In this document: positions 8,898 to 17,403 of the stretch, piece after piece
Layout: each line of letters starts with the position of its first letter
Numbering within the stretch: position 1 is the stretch's first letter
Assembly (NCBI GenBank): GCA_023954415.1
Contig: JAMLIB010000002.1
Location: 190,599 to 254,598 of the forward strand
DNA: 64,000 nt
From: Trueperaceae bacterium
GTDB taxonomy: Bacteria; Deinococcota; Deinococci; Deinococcales; Trueperaceae
Direction of reading: 5' to 3'
Notes under the pieces: model-generated
Databases searched by the model: none
What the model saw: the letters and a program-made list of their open reading frames with translations, nothing else
Told to the model about the DNA's origin: nothing
Translations under genes and position numbers: made by a program

Positions 8898-9113
8898 ATG
8901 GTTCCACTCGACGATGTGAGGAAGAAGGCACCGCCCCAGCACGGGGTGGCCTTCGTCATCACCCTATGGCTGGAGCCTGCTCGCGACGCCGCGCCACCTG
9001 AGTGGCGCTGGCGCGTGACCGAGGCGCAGAGCGGCGAGCAGCGCTACTTCCGGCGGGTGATCGATCTCCTGAGCTACGTGAGCGAGCGGGCCGATGTCCC
9101 ACCCCCGGGCTGA
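8898..9113 (+). CDS. Small hypothetical protein (71 aa) at the head of the nar operon
   Basis: ORF MVPLDDVRKKAPPQHGVAFVITLWLEPARDAAPPEWRWRVTEAQSGEQRYFRRVIDLLSYV.... This resembles a recurrent small-protein pattern (hydrophobic strand-WLEP...WRxRV...SGE..YF..v..Ll.yv). Coding status is unproven. Confidence 0.4.
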   Translation: MVPLDDVRKKAPPQHGVAFVITLWLEPARDAAPPEWRWRVTEAQSGEQRYFRRVIDLLSYVSERADVPPPG

Positions 9114-9150
9114 AGGTGCGTCCCGGCGGGAGGGCGATGGAGGTTTGGCG

Positions 9151-9957
9151 ATGAGTGATCCCAGGTCGACGGAGGTACTCGAGTTGCTGCGGCAGGTGCC
9201 GTACCCGGGTTACGCGCGCGACATCGTTGCCGCCGGCTTCGTCCGCGACGTGCACGTGGACGGCGCCACCGTAGCCGTGCGCTTCGCGCCGAACACCACC
9301 AACGCCACGAAGGTGAAGGCCATGGAGGACAGCATCAAGGACGTGCTCTACGGCGCGAGCTTCGCCCTCGTGCGCGTGGACACGGAGCGGCCCTACGACG
9401 ACGACTCGATGCTCCTCGGCAACGGCAGAATGAACCCGCTCCAGGCGGAGCTGCTCGAGGACGGCGTCGACCCGCAACCGGACGTGCTCCTTGGCGACAT
9501 GGCCCAGGCGTCCGGAGCTCACGTACCGGATATCCCCGACGAGCCCCTCGGCCAACCGGACCCGACGTACACGGGCCCTCTGCCCGTCCTGCAATGGGAG
9601 ATAGACCCGCAGGCGGCCGGCACGCGCGCCGTCCAGCGGGCCGTGAACCACGACGGTTGGGAGTTCCGCGTGTGGTGGCTGGTGCACTCGGGCGGTGAGC
9701 TCCTCTACGCCTCTCTGCAAGCGCTGCGGGAGGACTGGGTGGACCACGGCGGGGTGGCGCGCAAACACCCGGTGGGCAGGACCGAGGCCGTGAACCTCGT
9801 CTACGACATCACGCGCGGCGCCATCGTCGCCATCTACGGCACGGTTCAGGACTTCCGACCGTTCGTGGAGGCGTTCAGGCGTGCCTACCTCGTCGAGGCG
9901 CGCGAGGGCGCGGTCGCGGCGCAGAGCAGCGTCGACCTGATGGAGGCCACGAGATGA
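9151..9957 (+). CDS. DUF59/MIP18-like (Fe-S assembly-type) N-terminal domain fused to an unknown ~170 aa C-terminal domain
   Basis: ORF frame 9094..9957. I prefer the ATG at 9151 (GGAGG 8 nt upstream). The N-terminus VLELLRQVPYPGYARDIVAAGFVRDVHVDGATVAVRF is DUF59-like. The stop overlaps the narG start (ATGA at 9954-9957). Confidence 0.7.
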   Translation: MSDPRSTEVLELLRQVPYPGYARDIVAAGFVRDVHVDGATVAVRFAPNTTNATKVKAMEDSIKDVLYGASFALVRVDTERPYDDDSMLLGNGRMNPLQAELLEDGVDPQPDVLLGDMAQASGAHVPDIPDEPLGQPDPTYTGPLPVLQWEIDPQAAGTRAVQRAVNHDGWEFRVWWLVHSGGELLYASLQALREDWVDHGGVARKHPVGRTEAVNLVYDITRGAIVAIYGTVQDFRPFVEAFRRAYLVEAREGAVAAQSSVDLMEATR

Positions 9958-12900
9958 GCACGGGCGGCAACGGCAAGAACGGCAAGGGAACACGCTGGTT
10001 CCGCGTGCTGGACGAACCGCGCGCGTGGGAGGAGTTCTATCGCCGGCGCTGGTCGTACGACAAGTCGGTGCGCACGAGCCACAGCGTCAACTGCTCCGGC
10101 TCGTGTTCCTGGGAGGTCTTCGTCAAGGACGGGATGATCACCTGGGAGCTGCAGAAGACGGACTGGCCGCAGATCAACGACGAGACCCCCAACTACGAGC
10201 CCCGCGGCTGCCAGCGCGGCATCTCGTCCTCCTGGTACCCGTACTCCCCCGTGAGACCCAAGTACCCGTACGTGCGCGGCGTGCTACTCGACTTCTACAG
10301 GCAAGAACGCGCCGCCGGCAACGGACCCGTGGAGTCATGGGCGGCCATCGTGGAGGACCCGGAGCGTTCCAAGGCCTACCGCTCGGCACGCGGGAAGGCC
10401 GGCTGGCGACGCACGACCTGGGAAGAGGCCACGGAGATCATCGCGGCCGCCAAGATCTACACCATCAAACGGTACGGCGCCGACCACCTGGCGTCGTTCT
10501 CGCCCATCCCGGCGATGAGCATGGTCAGCTTCATCTCCGGCCAGCGCCTCTCGAACCTGCTCGGCGGCACCATGTTGAGCTTCTACGAGTGGTACCACGA
10601 CCTCCCGCACATCATGCCGATGATCTGGGGCGACCAGACGGACGTGGGCGAGGCGGCCGACTGGTACCAGAGCGCCTACTGGATCGTGATGGGCTCCAAC
10701 CTGCCCATGACGCGTACACCCGATGCCCACTTCGCCTCGGAGCACAAGTACAACGGCGGCAAGATCGTCAACCTCTCCCCCGACTACGCAGACATCACGA
10801 AGTTCGCCGACCTCTGGGTGCCGGTCAGACCCGGCACCGACGCCGCGTTCCTGCTCGCGTGCATCCACGTGATCCTCAAGGAGTTCCACGTCGAGAGGCG
10901 CTCGAGCTACTTCCTGCCCTACGTGGCGCAGTACACGAACCTCCCCTTCCTCGTGCGCCTCGACGAGGAGGACGGGCACTTCGTGACCGGCCGCTTCCTG
11001 CGCGCCTCCGACCTGGGCGATTACCAAGACGAGGAGAACGGCGACTGGAAGCTCCCCATGTTCGACCAGCAGGGTCGCATCCGGTTGCCGGGCGGCTCGC
11101 TCGGCTTCCGTTGGGAGGAGAAGACCACCGGCCGCTGGAACCTCAAGCAGGAGGACGCCGTGAGCGGCGAGGCTTTCCAGCCTGCCCTCACCCTCATGGA
11201 CGGCGAGTGGGAGGAGGCCAGCGTCGCGTTCGCCGACTTCACCGACACGTTCAACGTGGAGTTCGGCACTACCCCCGGCAAGGGCGTGCCCGCCCGCGCC
11301 AACCTGCGCGGGGTGCCCAGCCGGGTCATCCAGACGCAGACCGGGCCCGTGCGCGTGGCGACCGCCTACGACCTGCTCCTCGCCCAGTTCGGCGTGGGGC
11401 GAGGCCTGTCCGGCCTCTACCCGACGGATTACGACGACGCCAGTCAGCCCTTCACGCCAGCTTGGCAGGAGCAGGAGACGGGCGTCGACCGCAACCTCGT
11501 GATCCGCGTAGCGCGGGAGTGGGCGGACACGGCCGAGAAGACCGAGGGCAAGTGCATGTTCATCACCGGCTCCGGCATCCTCCACTGGTACCAGGGCGGG
11601 CCGCTCATCTACCGCGCGGAAGCCGTCATGGGCATCCTCACCGGGTGCATGGGGCGCAACGGCGGGGGCTTCAACCATTACGTTGGCACCGAGAAGGTCA
11701 GGCCGTTCGCCGCCATCGGCACGCTCGGCGGAGCCGCCGACTGGGGAGTGACCAGCCGCCAGATGAACTCGACCTCGTACTTCTACTTCCACACGGACCA
11801 GTGGCGTTACGACGGCATGACCCTGGAACCGCTATGGGCGCCGCGCGCCAAGGTCTACCCCAAGAAGGCCCAGCACGCTGCCGACATGAACATGCTCGCC
11901 GTACGCAACGGCTGGCTGCCGTTCTACCCGCAGTTCGACAAGCGCAGCCCCATGGAGGTCCTGCGCGAGGCCCGTGACGCCGGCTGCCGGACGGACGAGG
12001 AGGTGGCCACCTGGGTCGCGGAGAGCTTCAAGGCCCGCAAGCTCGAGTTCGCGTTACGAGACGTGGACGCCCCCGAGAACCACCCGAAGGTCCTGTGGAT
12101 CTACCGCGGCAACCTCATCGGCACCTCCATGCGCGGCCACGAGTACGCCCTGAAGCACCTGCTCGGCACTCACAACAACGTGCTCGGTGACGACCGCGCG
12201 CAGGGCATGGTCGAGGACGTGCAGTGGCACGACGAGGCGCCGCTCGGCAAGCTCGACCTCGTCTACAACGTCAACTTGCGCATGGACTCCTCGGCCAACT
12301 ACTCCGACATCGTGCTGCCTACGGCCCACTGGTACGAGAAGTACGACCTCACCTGCACGGACCTGCACTCGTTCTTCCACCCGTTCACCCCTGCGCACGA
12401 CCCGGCGTGGGAAGCGAAGCACGACTGGGAGGCGTTCAAGCTGGTGGCCGCCAAGGTCTCCGAGCTGGCCAAGACCTACCTCCCCAACCCGGTCGAGGAC
12501 CTGGTCATGACCGCCCTCGCCACCGACACGCCGGACGAGATGGCCCAGCCCATGGGCGAGCTCCACGACTGGTGGGCGGGCGACGGTTCGCCCGTGCCCG
12601 GCAAGACGTTCCCCAACGTCAAGGTCGTCAAGCGCGACTACACCGCCATCCTCGACAAGTACACGACTCTCGGGCCGGCGGTCGCCAGGCCGGACGGCTA
12701 CGGCGCCAAGGGCATCAAGGGCGACCTCACGCACGTCGTGGAGGAACTCAAGGAGAGCTACCTGGTCGGCGAGAAGAACGGCCTGCCGTCCCTGGAGGAC
12801 GCGCGTCAGGTGGCCGAGGTAATCCTGCGCATCTCGCCGGAGAGCGACGGAGAGCTCTCGTACGCCATCTTCAAGAACCTGGAGAAGCGCACGGGCGTGC

Positions 12901-13721
12901 CCCTCGCCCACCTCGTGGAGCCGGAGCGCGAGATCCGCCACCACTACCCCGACCTCGTGTCACAGCCACGGCGCTCCATCACCTCGCCACACTGGTCGGC
13001 GATAGAGAGCGCCGGACGCACCTACGCGCCCTGGACCATGAACGTGGAGGCGCTCAAGCCATGGCATACGCTCTCGGGCCGTCAGGAGATCTACTACGAC
13101 CACCGCATGTTCCGCGAGCTCGGCGAGGAGCTGCCCACCTACAAGCCGCCCGTCGACACGGTCAAGATCGGTGACATCGCCGAGTCCGACCTCGGCAAGC
13201 CGGGCACGAAGGTCTTCCGCTACATCACGCCACACGGCAAGTGGTCGATCCACAGCATGTTCTGGGACACCTGGCACATGCTCAACATGTTCCGCGGCGG
13301 CCAGGTCGTGTGGATCAACGATGACGACGCCCGCACCATCGGCGTGACGGACAACGACTGGGTGGAGCTCTACAACCAGAACGGCATCAGCGTCGTCAGG
13401 GCAGTGGTCAGCGCCACCGTTCCGCGCGACATGGCGATCTTCTATCACTCCTCCGAGCGCCACGTGAACGTGCCCTTCTCGTCCCTGGCACGCGAGCGGG
13501 GCGTAAGTGACCTGCGCGGCGGGAACAACAACGCCCCCACCCGCATCATGATGAACCCCTCCACCATGGTTGGCGGCTACGCCAACTGGACCTACTGGCT
13601 CAACTATCAGGGCACCAGCCCCTCCGAGCGCGACGCCGTCGTCGTGATCCGGAAGAAGCCCATGGAAGCGGGCGGCCGCAAGGTCATCTACCGCGAGGAC
13701 CAACTCGGAAGGAGCATCTGA
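9954..13721 (+). CDS. narG: Respiratory nitrate reductase alpha subunit NarG
   Basis: 1255 aa. N-terminal HSVNCSGSCSW matches the HX3CX3C FS0 motif of NarG. No twin-arginine signal. Molybdopterin oxidoreductase sequence throughout. Confidence 0.97.
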   Translation: MSTGGNGKNGKGTRWFRVLDEPRAWEEFYRRRWSYDKSVRTSHSVNCSGSCSWEVFVKDGMITWELQKTDWPQINDETPNYEPRGCQRGISSSWYPYSPVRPKYPYVRGVLLDFYRQERAAGNGPVESWAAIVEDPERSKAYRSARGKAGWRRTTWEEATEIIAAAKIYTIKRYGADHLASFSPIPAMSMVSFISGQRLSNLLGGTMLSFYEWYHDLPHIMPMIWGDQTDVGEAADWYQSAYWIVMGSNLPMTRTPDAHFASEHKYNGGKIVNLSPDYADITKFADLWVPVRPGTDAAFLLACIHVILKEFHVERRSSYFLPYVAQYTNLPFLVRLDEEDGHFVTGRFLRASDLGDYQDEENGDWKLPMFDQQGRIRLPGGSLGFRWEEKTTGRWNLKQEDAVSGEAFQPALTLMDGEWEEASVAFADFTDTFNVEFGTTPGKGVPARANLRGVPSRVIQTQTGPVRVATAYDLLLAQFGVGRGLSGLYPTDYDDASQPFTPAWQEQETGVDRNLVIRVAREWADTAEKTEGKCMFITGSGILHWYQGGPLIYRAEAVMGILTGCMGRNGGGFNHYVGTEKVRPFAAIGTLGGAADWGVTSRQMNSTSYFYFHTDQWRYDGMTLEPLWAPRAKVYPKKAQHAADMNMLAVRNGWLPFYPQFDKRSPMEVLREARDAGCRTDEEVATWVAESFKARKLEFALRDVDAPENHPKVLWIYRGNLIGTSMRGHEYALKHLLGTHNNVLGDDRAQGMVEDVQWHDEAPLGKLDLVYNVNLRMDSSANYSDIVLPTAHWYEKYDLTCTDLHSFFHPFTPAHDPAWEAKHDWEAFKLVAAKVSELAKTYLPNPVEDLVMTALATDTPDEMAQPMGELHDWWAGDGSPVPGKTFPNVKVVKRDYTAILDKYTTLGPAVARPDGYGAKGIKGDLTHVVEELKESYLVGEKNGLPSLEDARQVAEVILRISPESDGELSYAIFKNLEKRTGVPLAHLVEPEREIRHHYPDLVSQPRRSITSPHWSAIESAGRTYAPWTMNVEALKPWHTLSGRQEIYYDHRMFRELGEELPTYKPPVDTVKIGDIAESDLGKPGTKVFRYITPHGKWSIHSMFWDTWHMLNMFRGGQVVWINDDDARTIGVTDNDWVELYNQNGISVVRAVVSATVPRDMAIFYHSSERHVNVPFSSLARERGVSDLRGGNNNAPTRIMMNPSTMVGGYANWTYWLNYQGTSPSERDAVVVIRKKPMEAGGRKVIYREDQLGRSI

Positions 13722-13724
13722 GTC

Positions 13725-15266
13725 ATGCGCGTCAAGCAGCAGATGGCTATGGTGTTCAACTTGGACAAGTGCCTGGGCTGCAACACCTGCACCCTGGCGT
13801 GCAAGAACGTGTGGACCAACCGCGAGGGCGCGGAGTACATGTTCTGGAACAACGTCGAGACGAAGCCCGGCATCGGCTACCCGAAGGCGTGGGAAGACCA
13901 GGACAAGTACCGCGGCGGCTGGGAGCGCAACGAAGGGGCCGACCACCCGCGTCTCAAGCAAGCGTCGCGCTTCTGGTTGATGCTCAACCTCTTCTACAAC
14001 CCCGTCATGCCCCAGATGGAGGACTACTACGGCAAGGGGCCGTTCACCTTCACCTACGAGGACCTGCACTCCACCGAGCCGACCAAGTACTCCCAGCCCG
14101 TCGCGCGGCCAAAGTCGCAGATATCGGGCGAGGAGGACATCGACATCGAGTGGGCGGTCAACTGGGAGGACAACGCTGCCGGCCTTTACGAGGGCGGCAC
14201 GGGTGGCGAGGACCCGAACCTGAAGAAGCTGACGCCGGCCGCCAGGAGCGCCTACCTCAAGTTCCGCGACTCCTTCATGTTGTACCTCCCGCGCATCTGC
14301 AACCACTGTCTGAACCCCGCCTGCGTCGGCTCGTGCCCCACGGGCGCCGCCTATAAGCGCGAGGAGGACGGCGTGGTGCTCATCGACCAGGACCGTTGTC
14401 GCGCCTGGCGCTACTGCGTGTCGGGCTGCCCCTACAAGAAGACCTACTACAACTGGCGCACGGGCAAGTCGGAGAAGTGCATCCTCTGCTACCCCCGCCT
14501 GGAGACGGGCCAGCCTCCCGCCTGCTTCGTCGCGTGCCCCGGACGCATCCGCTACATGGGACCGCTCCTCTACGACATGGACCGCGTGCCCGAGGTGGCC
14601 AACGCGCCGGAAGCCGACCTAGTGCGGCTGCACCGCTCGCTGCTCCTCGACCCCAACGACCCGGAGGTCATCGCCGCGGCCCGGGAGGCGGGCGTGACCG
14701 AGGCGTGGCTGGAGGCGTGCCGGCGCTCGCCCGTCTACAAGATGGTCGTCGACTGGGAGATAGCCCTGCCCCTTCACCCCGAGTTCCGTACGCTGCCGAG
14801 CCTCTTCTACATCCCGCCGGAGAGCCCCGTCGCCAGCGCCGACACGGGGGAGGGTCCTTACGACATGACGGGCGAGCAGATCTTCCCCGGGCTCGACGAG
14901 TTCCGCATCCCGATGGAGTACCTCGCCAGCCTCCTGGCGGCAGGCAACGTGGCCGAGGTGCGCAAGGCCCTGGCGCGGCAGCTCGCCGTGCGCCGCTTCC
15001 GCCGCTCGCAGCGAGTGGAGGGCAAGCCGGACGAAGCCGTCCTGGCCGACGCGGGTCTCACCGTGAAGGACGCCGTGCACATGCACCGCCTCCTCTCCCT
15101 GGCGCACTACCACGAGCGCTTCGTGGTGCCGACCGCGCACGTGGAGAAGACGGCCAGCACGCCTTACATCGAGCGCGGCTTCGCGGGTTTCGCTGAGTTC
15201 ACCGCAGACAAGGGGCCTAAGCGCCGCAGCACGTTCCATGGGAGCGGAGAGGGGGTGGAGCACTGA
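13725..15266 (+). CDS. narH: Respiratory nitrate reductase beta subunit NarH
   Basis: 513 aa with Cys groups CLGCNTCTLAC, CNHCLNPACVGSCP, CRAWRYCVSGCPY and CILCYPR. GGAAGGAG RBS. Confidence 0.97.
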   Translation: MRVKQQMAMVFNLDKCLGCNTCTLACKNVWTNREGAEYMFWNNVETKPGIGYPKAWEDQDKYRGGWERNEGADHPRLKQASRFWLMLNLFYNPVMPQMEDYYGKGPFTFTYEDLHSTEPTKYSQPVARPKSQISGEEDIDIEWAVNWEDNAAGLYEGGTGGEDPNLKKLTPAARSAYLKFRDSFMLYLPRICNHCLNPACVGSCPTGAAYKREEDGVVLIDQDRCRAWRYCVSGCPYKKTYYNWRTGKSEKCILCYPRLETGQPPACFVACPGRIRYMGPLLYDMDRVPEVANAPEADLVRLHRSLLLDPNDPEVIAAAREAGVTEAWLEACRRSPVYKMVVDWEIALPLHPEFRTLPSLFYIPPESPVASADTGEGPYDMTGEQIFPGLDEFRIPMEYLASLLAAGNVAEVRKALARQLAVRRFRRSQRVEGKPDEAVLADAGLTVKDAVHMHRLLSLAHYHERFVVPTAHVEKTASTPYIERGFAGFAEFTADKGPKRRSTFHGSGEGVEH

Positions 15267-15973
15267 TGACGAGCGCACCCCTTGGTCACCAGGTGCTCGT
15301 GCCGGGGCACCTGTCCGCCGGTTACCGGTTAGCCGCAGGGGCCCTCCTCTACCCAGAGGAGCGCGACCAAGACGCCTTGACGGAGTGCCGCCACGCGCTC
15401 GAGAGCGGCCCCGAGGGGCAACTCGCGCTCCTCGACGCGTTCTTCGACTCGCCGAGGGCCGGCGACCCCGACGAGTATCTCACCCTCCTCGAGCTCGCTC
15501 CCCCCTGCCCTCTCTACCTCGGCTCCTACCTCTTCGAAGAACCCAGTACCTGCCGCGGCGCCGGCATCTCCGGACGCAACGCCTACATGCTCGAGCTCAA
15601 GGCCATCTATCGGCACTTCGGCCTGGAGCCCAACGGGGCCGAGCTGGCCGACTACCTCCCCCTCGTGGTCGAGTTCCTCGACCACTCGCTCACGCACCCC
15701 GAGCTGGACGGCATAGGTCTCAGGCGTTACCTCCTCGAGCGTCACGTGCTACCGGCGTTGCCACTCTTGCAGGCCGCGCTCGAGAAGTACGAGTCGCCGT
15801 ACGCCAAGCTCATCGAGTACTTGCGCCTCCTGGTCGAGGACGATGCGGCCAGCTGCCCGGACCCGGCGTGGGATCCGGTGCCTGCCGGGGCGGAGCTCCC
15901 GGTGATCGGCGCCGCCGGCTCGCGAGCGCCCGGGCGCCTGGCCACCAAGGGAAAGGAAGGGGTGAGCGGATGA
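15266..15973 (+). CDS. narJ: Nitrate reductase molybdenum cofactor assembly chaperone NarJ
   Basis: 235 aa with a TGATG overlap onto the narH stop. NarJ-like segments: LLELAPPCPLYLGSYLFEE, ELADYLPLVVEFL. Confidence 0.85.
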   Translation: MTSAPLGHQVLVPGHLSAGYRLAAGALLYPEERDQDALTECRHALESGPEGQLALLDAFFDSPRAGDPDEYLTLLELAPPCPLYLGSYLFEEPSTCRGAGISGRNAYMLELKAIYRHFGLEPNGAELADYLPLVVEFLDHSLTHPELDGIGLRRYLLERHVLPALPLLQAALEKYESPYAKLIEYLRLLVEDDAASCPDPAWDPVPAGAELPVIGAAGSRAPGRLATKGKEGVSG

Positions 15974-17403
15974 GCCTCGCGCTGTGGGCCGTGTACCCGT
16001 ACCTGTGCATGACGCTCTTCTTCGTCGTGCCGTTCATCCGACTACGCAAGCGGCCGTTCGAGTTCACGACGCGCGCCACCACCATGTTCAACCGCAGGCT
16101 CCTTGGCGCGGCGTCGCTGCTCTTCCACTGGGGCATCATCTTGCTGCTCGTCGGCCACGCCATAGGCATCGTCGGCGGCGTCCTTGGCATGGGAAGCTGG
16201 GTGCACGCCTTCTTCTGGATCGGCATCGTCGGCGGCTTCATGGCCCTCAGTGGCTCGATCCTGGCCGTGGCTCGCCGCCTCGCGGTACCCGAGCTCCGCG
16301 CGCTCAGCCAGCACGACGACTACGGCGTGCATATCCTCCTGATAGCCATCTTGAGCGTGGCGCTGTACCAGTCGGTGATCCAGCTAATCTGGGGGGCCGC
16401 CTTCAACGCCGGTCTATGGCTGGCCAGCCTCTTCCGCTTCCAGCCCGAGCCCGAACTCATGGCGGGCGCGCCCCTCTACACGCAGATCCACGTCTTCCTC
16501 GCCTTCACGTTCCTCGCCTACTTCCCTTTCACCAAGCTCGTGCACGCCTGGACGCTGCCCGTCAACTACCTCGTGCGCCCCTACCAGTCCATGCGCACCG
16601 CGCGGCGCAAGTTCCAGCGCCGTTTCGAGTTGGCCCTGCGCACCGACACGTCGGTCCTCACCTACTCCATCGTCACAGTGGTGGTCCTGCTCCTCGCCGT
16701 GGGCTTCCTCCTTCCCACTCCCGGCAGGCCTCGCGGCATGGCGCGGGCCGGCACGGCTACTAACGCGACCACCGTCGTCGACCTCCCCGGCTACGCGCTC
16801 TTCCTTGGCTCGTGCGCCCGCTGCCACGGCGTCAAGGGCGACGGCCAGGTGATCAGCAAGACCTCGCCCGTCTTCGCCGTGCCACCGCGTAACCTCACGC
16901 AAGGGCGCTTCCGCTTCGTCTCGACCACGAACGGCGTGGCCTCGGACACCGACCTTCAGCACACCGTTCAGCACGGCCTGCCGGCCGGCGGCATGCCCGG
17001 GTTCCCCTTCCTGAGCGACGAGCAGCTGGCGAGCCTCGTGCAGGTCATCGATCACCTGTGGGTCGACCGGCCCGCGCCGGGCCCAGAGATCCAGGCAGGA
17101 CCCGTGCCCCAGTTCACGCCCGCGCTCGTGAGCCGCGGCAGCGAGCTCTTCGCCACCAACTGCAGCGTCTGCCACGGGCCGAGCGGCGCCGGCGACGGTC
17201 CGGCGGCCGCGAACCTGCCCGTTCGCCCGGCCGACCTGGCCGCAGGCAGAGTGAAGGCGGGCACGGATCCGACTCAGCTCTACTACCGCGTTGCCGCCGG
17301 CATCCCAGGCGACACCGGGGCGGAGATGCCGAGCTTCGCCTTCCTGCCGGAGACCGACATCTGGTCGCTGGTCGCCTACCTCAAGGAGGACGTGCTTCCT
17401 TGA
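15970..17403 (+). CDS. narI: Nitrate reductase gamma subunit NarI fused to an extra TM helix and a C-terminal dihaem cytochrome c domain
   Basis: Start ATG at 15970 overlaps the narJ stop (ATGA). Haem-b histidine pairs HWGIILLLVGH and IHVF..FTKLVH. A sixth TM VLTYSIVTVVVLLLAVGFLL follows, then CARCH (16812-16826) and CSVCH (17161-17175). The longer ORF-track version (15238..) overlaps narJ and is rejected. Confidence 0.85.
   Translation: MSLALWAVYPYLCMTLFFVVPFIRLRKRPFEFTTRATTMFNRRLLGAASLLFHWGIILLLVGHAIGIVGGVLGMGSWVHAFFWIGIVGGFMALSGSILAVARRLAVPELRALSQHDDYGVHILLIAILSVALYQSVIQLIWGAAFNAGLWLASLFRFQPEPELMAGAPLYTQIHVFLAFTFLAYFPFTKLVHAWTLPVNYLVRPYQSMRTARRKFQRRFELALRTDTSVLTYSIVTVVVLLLAVGFLLPTPGRPRGMARAGTATNATTVVDLPGYALFLGSCARCHGVKGDGQVISKTSPVFAVPPRNLTQGRFRFVSTTNGVASDTDLQHTVQHGLPAGGMPGFPFLSDEQLASLVQVIDHLWVDRPAPGPEIQAGPVPQFTPALVSRGSELFATNCSVCHGPSGAGDGPAAANLPVRPADLAAGRVKAGTDPTQLYYRVAAGIPGDTGAEMPSFAFLPETDIWSLVAYLKEDVLP

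Noticed and set aside
15238-15969. N-terminal 244-aa extension of the NarI ORF in the ORF track. Analogous upstream extensions occur for pepF (32201..32488), the channel (41814..42146), narK (17058..17399), modC (25639..25842), the OCD-family gene (38276..38374) and DmpA (60391..60543).
   Set aside because: The extensions overlap the preceding real genes or are Arg/Pro-rich junk. Conserved protein sequence, RBS-like motifs and stop/start overlaps support the shorter starts I report.
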